The position numbers and the translations under genes are program-made. A stretch of DNA of 20,000 nt from an uncultured virus (IMG/VR IMGVR_UViG_3300010157_000056). Its lineage: Duplodnaviria > Heunggongvirae > Uroviricota > Caudoviricetes. Every line of letters begins with the position of its first letter. Positions within the stretch are counted from its first letter, which is position 1. Where the stretch lies: positions 53,259 to 73,258 of the IMG/VR virus record IMGVR_UViG_3300010157_000056. One strand, given 5' to 3'. Below, piece after piece: positions 1 to 8,177 of this stretch. The notes below the pieces were generated by a model, which was not told where the DNA came from, did no database searches, and worked only from the letters and a program-made list of their open reading frames with translations.

Positions 1-1604
1 TCAAATGCTATTGCATCAACAATAAGACCAGCATCTCTTTGACATTTTACTGAATCATAAGTAAATCCACTAACATAAGCAACAGTTTCTTCAGCAATGA
101 ATGATTTATTAGCCTGCAATATTAAACCGGCATTAACAGTATTGGCGCTAGCACCGGTAGGTGGATTATATGTATAGCTAGGTGCTGCACCTAATCCATT
201 TTGCATAATGTTTATTAATATATCAAACAAGTCGGATACTCTAGTGTATGCGGTTGTAGCAGGTGTTAGTAATGCTAATACTCTAATCTTTAAAAAATTA
301 ACAGCATTAACAGTTTCTACTAGTTGTTCAGTTACTACTGTAGAACTTGCTGCTCTATAATAACTTGTACCTGCTTTTACAGTTTGATAGTTAGTATGTA
401 ACACCATGTCATAGCAAATTCCATCAATAATATTACCAACATCTCTGCTGCATTTAAATTGATTAAAATCAAATAAAGGGAATGTATTCCTTACATGATC
501 AATTACTAATGTTTGTAATTTAGCCTTGTCATCTAATATATTTTGTCTAGCATTTCTTAATGCAGCATCTTCTTGAATAAGTGTGGGATAAACAATATCA
601 GTACTACCTGTTTTAAATGCACTTGATGTACTAATTGTATAATAGTTCCCATCACCAAAACTTATAGCATCTCCTACACTAGGTTTAGTGGTTAAATTAT
701 CAATAACAAATACTTTACCAGATTTGGCCCCATTTACCTTACCTGTATATAATGTAGAACTAACACCATCGGCATACAATGCATAGTTACCAAAACTACT
801 ATTACTGTTAGTTATAGAGCAAAATCCACCTGATTCAGCATAGAATCCTTTATCACAACAGATAGTAAACACAGAAACTAATTGTGTATAACCGCCATTT
901 AACATGTGGATACCAATACCACCTTGGTTATATTGAGTATATGCATCCACGACCATACTTTTTGTACCAAGTGCTAAATTTCCGTCTACACGCATGCCAG
1001 TAGCATCTGTTGTCATACTTGTACAATTTTGTACGTATGGACTTGTAGATATTACACCTGCAGACCCATCTGGATTAAATGATATTGCAGCTGAAGGATA
1101 CTCATGACCCTTAAATGTCATGTTACTTATGTATGTTCCGTTGTTTACATAAAATATATTGTTTGTTGAAGTTGTAGGTCTTACGGTTACTGTACGAAGA
1201 TTATCACCTACTAGAGAAACAAAGTCAGGAACAGTAATTGGTGTATTTTCAGTATAATCTCCGCTCTTAACAAAAACAGTAGTACCAGTTGATGCAACTG
1301 ATACCGCAGATTTAATTGTGCGTTTAGAGTAAGTTAGAGAACGGCCATCATTGCTGTCATTACCACTTTCACTAACATATAAAACATTATCTACTACTGT
1401 TGCGCCTGCTGTACCTGTACTACCCGCAGGCCCTTGTGGACCTTGTATACCGCCGTAGTCTAATTGAATCCATGTAGATGTACCATTACCAATTTTAAAC
1501 AAGTTAGTATCTGTTTCAATACCCATTTCTGCAAGAGCCAGAGTAGGATTAACTCCGGTCCATTCTCCCGCGGTTCCTCTTCTAAATTGGATTTGAATTG
1601 CCAT
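1..1604 (-). CDS. Virion structural/tail protein with Mtd_N-like N-terminus, short collagen, pectin-lyase-like beta-helix and KCxRD repeats (runs off the window start; absent from the ORF track)
   Basis: Manual translation from ATG at 1604 gives MAIQIQFRRGTAGEWTGVNPTLALAEMGIETDTNLFKIGNG (Mtd_N-like), then GIQGPQGPAG, FYVSESGNDSNDG...TIKSA...VKSGDYTE...LVGDNLR and SPYVQNCTS. Later come KCSRDVGNIIDGICYD and KCQRDAGLIVDAIAF. The frame is open to position 1, and an AAGGT SD-like sequence lies upstream. Confidence 0.85.
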   Translation of the reverse strand, partial: MAIQIQFRRGTAGEWTGVNPTLALAEMGIETDTNLFKIGNGTSTWIQLDYGGIQGPQGPAGSTGTAGATVVDNVLYVSESGNDSNDGRSLTYSKRTIKSAVSVASTGTTVFVKSGDYTENTPITVPDFVSLVGDNLRTVTVRPTTSTNNIFYVNNGTYISNMTFKGHEYPSAAISFNPDGSAGVISTSPYVQNCTSMTTDATGMRVDGNLALGTKSMVVDAYTQYNQGGIGIHMLNGGYTQLVSVFTICCDKGFYAESGGFCSITNSNSSFGNYALYADGVSSTLYTGKVNGAKSGKVFVIDNLTTKPSVGDAISFGDGNYYTISTSSAFKTGSTDIVYPTLIQEDAALRNARQNILDDKAKLQTLVIDHVRNTFPLFDFNQFKCSRDVGNIIDGICYDMVLHTNYQTVKAGTSYYRAASSTVVTEQLVETVNAVNFLKIRVLALLTPATTAYTRVSDLFDILINIMQNGLGAAPSYTYNPPTGASANTVNAGLILQANKSFIAEETVAYVSGFTYDSVKCQRDAGLIVDAIAF

Positions 1605-1630
1605 TTTTACCTTTTATATCTGCTGTACGA

Positions 1631-1638
1631 TATTTATC
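1631..1638 (-). promoter_or_regulatory. Putative T4-type late promoter box (GATAAATA)
   Basis: TAAATA (1631-1636) sits in a 34-nt intergenic gap, 26 nt upstream of ATG 1604. The same box recurs before other operon-leading genes. Confidence 0.55.
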
Positions 1639-4600
1639 CTAGACCCCACCAGCATCGATACTAGTGATTCCACCATAATTAGAGTCAGGTTGACCTCCGT
1701 CAAAGTTACCAAAATAGCCGCCGCCACCACCTGTTCCCGGGTCGCCTTTTTCACCTTTGCTACCTACATAACCTCGACTACCAGTATATCCTATTCCAAT
1801 AGATCCAGTATATCCAGTACCTGTGTTGCCAACCGAACCAGTGTACCCTGCGCCAATTGAACCGGTATATCCACTTGCGGTACTTGCTGATCCGGTATAA
1901 CCATTTTGACCAGCACTACCGGTATAACCAATTGAGCCCGTGTAGCCAAAACTACCTATATAGCCAATATTGCCTTTACTGCCAGTGTATCCTACGCCTA
2001 TTGAACCTGTATATCCACGACTACCTGTATATCCCTTGCCCTGTGTTACTATAGCCTCTATTACTGCTAAATTAAAAGATTGTATTGCTGTTTGTGGAAC
2101 ACCGTCAGTTACAGTAATAGTAAAACTTGTACTTGTGAATACTGCTGTAGGCGTTCCACTAATTAATCCGTTAACTGTATTAAATGTTAGTCCAGCTGGC
2201 AACTGACTAGGACTTATTGAATAACTATATGTGCCATAACCGCTACTACCAGTTACTGGTATTGTCTCAGATAATTCACCCAATGTTAACGCAATATAAG
2301 AAGATTGTAATACTGCCAATAATGTAGGAGGTGGATTATCACTAATAACAATAGTAGTTGTTCCAGTATTATTTTGTCCAGCTTGGTCAGTAACAGTTAC
2401 ATAATGTACAGCATCACCGACTGTACTGGTAGGTGTGCCGCTAACTTCTCCAGTATTGATATCAAAATTTAATCCCGTTGATAATGGTGGATTTATACTA
2501 TAGGTCAATGCACCATAACCAAGTGTGCCTACTACAGGAACAAATGGTGTAACTTGAGTATACTGTGTTAATGCTGCTGTAGGATAAGGTACTGTAATAG
2601 TAATCGGAAGTGGAATTACTTGTAAATTAAATGTCTGTGTACTAACTTGAGATAGATCGTCTCTTACGGTAACTGTATATGTTTGTACAGACCCTAATAA
2701 TGTTGGAGTACCACTGATATATCCAGTACTTGTATTAAATGTTAATCCTTGAGGAAAGATAGGAGAATTATTAAGACTATAACGTAGTGATCCATATCCA
2801 CCTGTACCTAATATTGGTCTAATATTAGGAACAACACCGTTATTAACTGTAAGTGAGATAGAACTAGTAGTTACGGTAGTAGTTAATGCAGGCGGTGCAT
2901 TAACAACTAAAGTAAATGTACTACTATTGACATTGCTTATAGTATCCGTTGCAACTACTGAATACACAGTACCAGCAGTTACAATAGTAGGAGTACCACT
3001 GATATAACCGGTGCTGGTATTGATACTAAGGCCGGCCTGCAAACTAGGTACAGTTGAATATACTAAAGTACCAACACCACCAATAGCATTAACTGGTTTA
3101 AATGCAACCGCTGCTACATTTTGTGTTAATGTATTAACTGTAATTAATTGTTCAACGGTTAATGGTAAAAAGTCAATTAATAAACTAAATGTTTTGCTAC
3201 TAGAGGTACTTGCATCTGAAACAGTAACCGCATAGTTTGTTAATGAACTTATTACAGAAGGAGTTCCGCTAATTAAACCAGTAGATGTACTGATTGTAAG
3301 TCCACTTGGTAATAGTTTATCTATTGCCCAGGTTAATGTACCTGACCCACCTGTTGCAGTAACAGGAGTAAAAGGAGTAGCTAACTCAAGTACCTGTAGA
3401 TTTTTACTGGCTACTGCTAATGTTGTAACAATTGGAACAGGTACAACTGATAATGTAAATGTCTTGCTGCTAGTTTGCCCTAAAGAATCCGCGGCAGTTA
3501 TAGTATATACACGATTATCTAATTGTGTAGGAGTTCCGGTGATCTTACCATTTGATGCATTGAAACTTAATCCACTAGGCAATGTAGGAGTAATTGCAAA
3601 AGAAATAGTTCCGTAACCACCACTAGCACTCACAGGTGATACATTTGCAACATCAACATATCTAGTTAAACTAACTGTAGGAACATCCTGTACAGTAACT
3701 AATGCAGGTGGATTATTAACTGTTAATGTATAAACCTTGCTGCTAGCTTGAGTAACTCCAAAATCTTTAACTGTTATAGTAAATGGTGTGGCAGATATTG
3801 ATGCGGTAGGTTTACCTGTTATTTGCCCTGTACTTGTACTAAATGCCAATCCGGTAGGCAACGGTGAACTTATTTCATATGTGTACGGAGTATATCCACC
3901 TGTTGCAGTTACTGGAGTAACCGCTGTAATAGTAACTCCATTAACAAATGTGCTAGATGTTACTGCTAATGTTGTAACCAATGACGCAGGTATCACACTT
4001 ATTGAAACTGCTGTGCTGCTTGATTGTGCTGCTTGATCAGTTACTGTTATTGTATAACTGGTACTAGCATTATATATTGTTGGAGTACCAGTTACCTGAC
4101 CATTTGTAGAATTAAAACTCAATCCACTTGGTAATGTTGGACTTATACTATAAGTAAGTGTTCCATAACCGCCTGTTGCAGTTACAGGATAAAATGCAGA
4201 AATTGTAACATCTTTCTGCAATGAGAAAGTAGCCGCAGTAGCGGTGGTGGCTAACGCAGGCGGATTAATTACATTTAATAAGAATGTTGCTGTATTATAT
4301 TGTGGTACTGTATCTGCAACAGTTATACTATAAGTAGCTGTAGAACTGGTGCTACTTGGAGTACCAATAATCTGTCCATTGGAACTTAAGAAAGTTAATC
4401 CTGTTGGTAAACTTGGACTAACATTAAATGTATATGCTCCAACTCCTCCGGTGGCAGTTACTGGAATAAATGCTGTTGCTGCTACATTCTTTATTAATGT
4501 TTTTGTAACAATTGTGGCTGTTACAACTAATGCAGGTGGAGGTGGTGGTGGCGCCACATAGATACTAAACGACTTACTAGCAGTCTGTGATATTGAATCA

Positions 4601-7600
4601 GTAACTGTTACTGAGTATGTAGTAGTGTTACTTGTACCAGTTGGTGTTCCTAATATCTGTCCTGTAGTTGGAATGAAAGTTAATCCGCTAGGTAATCCAA
4701 TATCAATAGAATACGAAAGAGTACCCTTACCACCACTACCTACTACAGGAGTAAATGTAGTAACGGCTACATTTTTAACAAACGAATAGCTTGATGTTGA
4801 TAGTGTAGCAACTACCGCTGGAGGTGGTGGTTCAGGTAATACAGTTAAACTAAATCCCTTACTACTAGTTTGCGCCGCGGCATCAGTAGCGGTAACTGTA
4901 TAAAGGGCAACAGTACTAGATGTAATTGCTATTCCACTGATCAATCCAGTGGATGTATTAATTGCCAGTCCACTTGGTAAAGCAGGAGCAATGGAATATG
5001 CAACAGCCCCATAACCACCAGTATATGTAACCGGTGTAAATGATGCTGTATCGATATTCTGTGTAATAGTTTTAGTAGCAATTACCTGAGTAGTACTCAA
5101 TAAAGGATAACTTACCGATAAACTAAATGTTTTGCTGCTAAGTTGTGATAGCGTGTCAGTAACTGTAACGGTATAAGGATTACTACTTGATATTACTGTA
5201 GGAGTACCACTTACTACTCCGGTTGAAGTATTAAATATTAATCCACCCGGTAAGCTAGTACCAATAGCATATGACAATGTGCCATATCCGCCAGTAGCAG
5301 TTACCGGAGTAAATGCACTTGCTGCAACACCAATCGTTAATGCACTAGTTGGGACTGCTAAAACTGTAGATATTGCCGGAGGTGCTTCTACAGTTAATGT
5401 AAATGTCTTACTACTGGTCTGTGGTACTGAATCAGTAACTGTTATAGTATAGGTAGTTGCACCTTGTACAACTGTAGGAGTACCAGTAATAAAACCAGTT
5501 GAACTATTTAAATTTAATCCACTTGGTAATGTTGGACTAACACTATATAATAATGTTCCATATCCGCCTGTACCATTAACTGGTTTAAATGTAGTAGCCA
5601 GTATATACTGAGTGATTGTTTGAGCGGCTACCAATACTGTTGTAACAATAGGTCCAGCATTGACTGTTAAACTAAATGTCTTGTTACTAGATTGTGATGC
5701 ACCGTCAGTGACCGTTACTATATAATTAGTGGTTCCACTAAGAACCGATGGAGTTCCAGTTACTTGACCATTTGAAGTATTAAAACTTAATCCGCTCGGT
5801 AATGCAGGACTTATACTATAAGCAAGCGTTCCATACCCACCTGTACCTGTTACTGGAATAAATGCTGTTACTGCTGTATTCTGAGTTAAAGTTGCTGTAG
5901 CCTGTACCAATGTAGTAGTAAGTGCAGGTAATGCATTAACAGTTAATGTAAATGTTTTACTACTGCTTTGAGGTACAGTATTAGAATCTGTAACTGTAAC
6001 GGTATATGTAGTTTGACTTAGTACAGAACCGGAGTTTCCACTAATCTGTCCATTGACAGTATTAAAACTCAATCCAGTTGGTAATGCAGGACTAACCGCA
6101 TAAGTTAATGTGCCGGTACCTCCACTAGCTGTTACAGGAATAAACGGAGTAATACTAATATTTTGAGTTATTACTGTGCTAGGAACGGCCTGTACAGTAA
6201 CTACTGCTTTTGGATTAACAGTTAGACTAAATGTCTTGCTGCTACTCTGTGGTATATTATTGCTATCGGTAACGGTTACTGTGAAATTAGTAGTTGCTAA
6301 AATAACAGTAGGTGTACCACTTATTAAACCATTATTAGTGTTAAATGTCAATCCAGTTGGTAGTGCAGGACTGACAGCATAATTTAATGTACCAATACCG
6401 CCGCTGCCTGTTACAGGAGTAAATGATGCTGCTAGATCATTTTGCAATAATACAGTAGTAGGAACTACCAGTGTAGTAGTTAAAGATACCGCATCTACAT
6501 TTAAAAGAAATGTCTTACTACTAGTTTGAGCTACCGCATCAGTAACAGTAACAGTATAGGTAGTAGCAATAGTGGCAACACTTGGTGTTCCAGAAACTTG
6601 TCCAGTAGTGCTACTAAATGTTAATCCTGCTGGTAGTGCTGGGCTAATTGCAAATACCAATGAAGGAACACCACCCGTTGCAGTTACAGGTATAAATGGT
6701 GTTGCTACTGCATTTTGCGACAACGATTTTGTAGCAATTGCTTGAGTAGTACTTAATGCAGGTGGTGCGTTAACTGTTAAACTAAATGTCTTACTGCTGG
6801 TTTGTGTCTGTGAATCAGTTACGGTTACTGTATAAACAGTAAGGCCAGAAGTTACAGTTGGAGTACCAGATATTAAACCGTTTGAACTATTGAAACTCAA
6901 TCCAGTTGGTAATGATGGACTAACTGCATAAGTTAGTGTGCCGGTGCCGCCACTGCCCGTAACAGGAGTAAATTCTGTTGCAACAATCTTTTGTGTTAGT
7001 GTTGTATTTGGTACAGCCTGTACTGTTATTACTTGCGCAGGAGTAACACTTAACGAAAATGTTGCATTAACTGATTGTGCAAGTGTATCAGTAATAGTTA
7101 CCGTGTAATTGTTAGCAGCACTAGATACAGTAGGTGTTCCGCTAATCTGTCCAGTAACAATACTAAAACTTAATCCTGCAGGTAATGTTGGACTTATACT
7201 ATAAGTAAGTGTTCCATATCCGCCTGTTGCACTTACTGGAATAAATGCTGTTATCGCTACATTTTGTGTTAAATCTTTAGTGGTAACTGATTGAGATAAT
7301 ACCAATGCTGGTGGATTTACTACTGTTAAACTAAATGTGTTACTGGCTGTTTGCCCTAGGCTATCAGTAACCGTTACAGTAAATGTAGTTGCAGAAAGTG
7401 CAACTGTTGGAGTACCGGTTATTTGTCCATTAGTAGAATTAAAACTTAACCCTGCTGGTAAACTTGGGCTTACTCCATAACTTAAAGGATTTTGTCCACC
7501 TGAACCAGTAACTGGAGTAAATGCTGCGGCCGCTACATTTTTTGTTAATGAAGTAGATGCTACAGACTGGGTAGCTACCAAAGTTGGAATAACTGGGCCA

Positions 7601-8160
7601 GTTACAGTTAAATTAAACGATGCTCCGGAAGTTTGACCACCTGCATCAGTAAATGTAACTATAAAAGTAGTACCGGCAATTGCTACAGTGGGTGTACCTG
7701 AAATTGTAACATCTACTGAATTATACAATCTTGGAACGCTATCTGCACCTGTTACCGACTTAACGGTTAGAGTAGTACTCAATGTTAAACCTGCAGGTAA
7801 TGCAGGACTAATTGTTGCTGTTAATCCAGTTACCGTAGCGCCAGTGACAGTATAAGACGATGCAACGGCTGCACCACCGTAAGCAGTTACTGGTACAAAT
7901 GAAGTACTTTGGTCTTTAGTTAAAGATGTATTACTGACTAATGTTGATGCAATTACTGGTGGACCGCCATTAATCGACGCACTAATTCCTCCTACTGCTG
8001 GTGGTGTTGTATACTTTGTCCAGGCATTCTTTTTAGTAATTGCATTGTATGTTAGCTGTACAGGTGCGCCGTTTTGGCTTACCCATATGTCATTTAATAC
8101 AAATTGAGATAAGACTGTATTAGGTTGAGTAGTGGGATAGGGATAAAAGAAAATTGCCAT
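1639..8160 (-). CDS. Giant 2173-aa virion-associated protein: 21 putative Ig (He_PIG-like) repeats, a C-terminal GYTGS collagen-like segment and a terminal DGG motif
   Basis: Tandem ~93-aa units follow the pattern FxPVTxxGGxGxLxYxxSPxLPxGLxFNxxxGxIxGTP...TVTVTD...SSKTFxLxV; I counted 21 LPxGL-type cores. The protein is Thr/Ser/Val/Gly rich and ends GNFDGGQPDSNYGGITSIDAGGV. Confidence 0.9.
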   Translation of the reverse strand: MAIFFYPYPTTQPNTVLSQFVLNDIWVSQNGAPVQLTYNAITKKNAWTKYTTPPAVGGISASINGGPPVIASTLVSNTSLTKDQSTSFVPVTAYGGAAVASSYTVTGATVTGLTATISPALPAGLTLSTTLTVKSVTGADSVPRLYNSVDVTISGTPTVAIAGTTFIVTFTDAGGQTSGASFNLTVTGPVIPTLVATQSVASTSLTKNVAAAAFTPVTGSGGQNPLSYGVSPSLPAGLSFNSTNGQITGTPTVALSATTFTVTVTDSLGQTASNTFSLTVVNPPALVLSQSVTTKDLTQNVAITAFIPVSATGGYGTLTYSISPTLPAGLSFSIVTGQISGTPTVSSAANNYTVTITDTLAQSVNATFSLSVTPAQVITVQAVPNTTLTQKIVATEFTPVTGSGGTGTLTYAVSPSLPTGLSFNSSNGLISGTPTVTSGLTVYTVTVTDSQTQTSSKTFSLTVNAPPALSTTQAIATKSLSQNAVATPFIPVTATGGVPSLVFAISPALPAGLTFSSTTGQVSGTPSVATIATTYTVTVTDAVAQTSSKTFLLNVDAVSLTTTLVVPTTVLLQNDLAASFTPVTGSGGIGTLNYAVSPALPTGLTFNTNNGLISGTPTVILATTNFTVTVTDSNNIPQSSSKTFSLTVNPKAVVTVQAVPSTVITQNISITPFIPVTASGGTGTLTYAVSPALPTGLSFNTVNGQISGNSGSVLSQTTYTVTVTDSNTVPQSSSKTFTLTVNALPALTTTLVQATATLTQNTAVTAFIPVTGTGGYGTLAYSISPALPSGLSFNTSNGQVTGTPSVLSGTTNYIVTVTDGASQSSNKTFSLTVNAGPIVTTVLVAAQTITQYILATTFKPVNGTGGYGTLLYSVSPTLPSGLNLNSSTGFITGTPTVVQGATTYTITVTDSVPQTSSKTFTLTVEAPPAISTVLAVPTSALTIGVAASAFTPVTATGGYGTLSYAIGTSLPGGLIFNTSTGVVSGTPTVISSSNPYTVTVTDTLSQLSSKTFSLSVSYPLLSTTQVIATKTITQNIDTASFTPVTYTGGYGAVAYSIAPALPSGLAINTSTGLISGIAITSSTVALYTVTATDAAAQTSSKGFSLTVLPEPPPPAVVATLSTSSYSFVKNVAVTTFTPVVGSGGKGTLSYSIDIGLPSGLTFIPTTGQILGTPTGTSNTTTYSVTVTDSISQTASKSFSIYVAPPPPPPALVVTATIVTKTLIKNVAATAFIPVTATGGVGAYTFNVSPSLPTGLTFLSSNGQIIGTPSSTSSTATYSITVADTVPQYNTATFLLNVINPPALATTATAATFSLQKDVTISAFYPVTATGGYGTLTYSISPTLPSGLSFNSTNGQVTGTPTIYNASTSYTITVTDQAAQSSSTAVSISVIPASLVTTLAVTSSTFVNGVTITAVTPVTATGGYTPYTYEISSPLPTGLAFSTSTGQITGKPTASISATPFTITVKDFGVTQASSKVYTLTVNNPPALVTVQDVPTVSLTRYVDVANVSPVSASGGYGTISFAITPTLPSGLSFNASNGKITGTPTQLDNRVYTITAADSLGQTSSKTFTLSVVPVPIVTTLAVASKNLQVLELATPFTPVTATGGSGTLTWAIDKLLPSGLTISTSTGLISGTPSVISSLTNYAVTVSDASTSSSKTFSLLIDFLPLTVEQLITVNTLTQNVAAVAFKPVNAIGGVGTLVYSTVPSLQAGLSINTSTGYISGTPTIVTAGTVYSVVATDTISNVNSSTFTLVVNAPPALTTTVTTSSISLTVNNGVVPNIRPILGTGGYGSLRYSLNNSPIFPQGLTFNTSTGYISGTPTLLGSVQTYTVTVRDDLSQVSTQTFNLQVIPLPITITVPYPTAALTQYTQVTPFVPVVGTLGYGALTYSINPPLSTGLNFDINTGEVSGTPTSTVGDAVHYVTVTDQAGQNNTGTTTIVISDNPPPTLLAVLQSSYIALTLGELSETIPVTGSSGYGTYSYSISPSQLPAGLTFNTVNGLISGTPTAVFTSTSFTITVTDGVPQTAIQSFNLAVIEAIVTQGKGYTGSRGYTGSIGVGYTGSKGNIGYIGSFGYTGSIGYTGSAGQNGYTGSASTASGYTGSIGAGYTGSVGNTGTGYTGSIGIGYTGSRGYVGSKGEKGDPGTGGGGGYFGNFDGGQPDSNYGGITSIDAGGV
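1725..2040 (-). repeat. GYTGSx collagen-like repeat at the C-terminus of the giant protein (boundaries approximate)
   Basis: GKGYTGSRGYTGSIGVGYTGSKG...GSKGEKGDPG, with Gly at every third residue apart from a few breaks. Confidence 0.85.
2060..7920 (-). repeat. Array of 21 ~280-bp putative Ig-domain coding repeats (boundaries approximate)
   Basis: LPxGL/GTP/TVTD motifs recur in the translation. A 38-nt stretch is identical at 4130-4167 and 7181-7218. Confidence 0.85.
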
Positions 8161-8167
8161 AACTTAA

Positions 8168-8175
8168 TATTTATT
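8168..8175 (-). promoter_or_regulatory. Putative T4-type late promoter box (AATAAATA), 7 nt before the giant gene ATG
   Basis: The minus strand reads TAA-TCAA-TAAATA-TTAAGTT-ATG, with no SD in the 17-nt gap. Confidence 0.6.
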
Positions 8176-8177
8176 GA

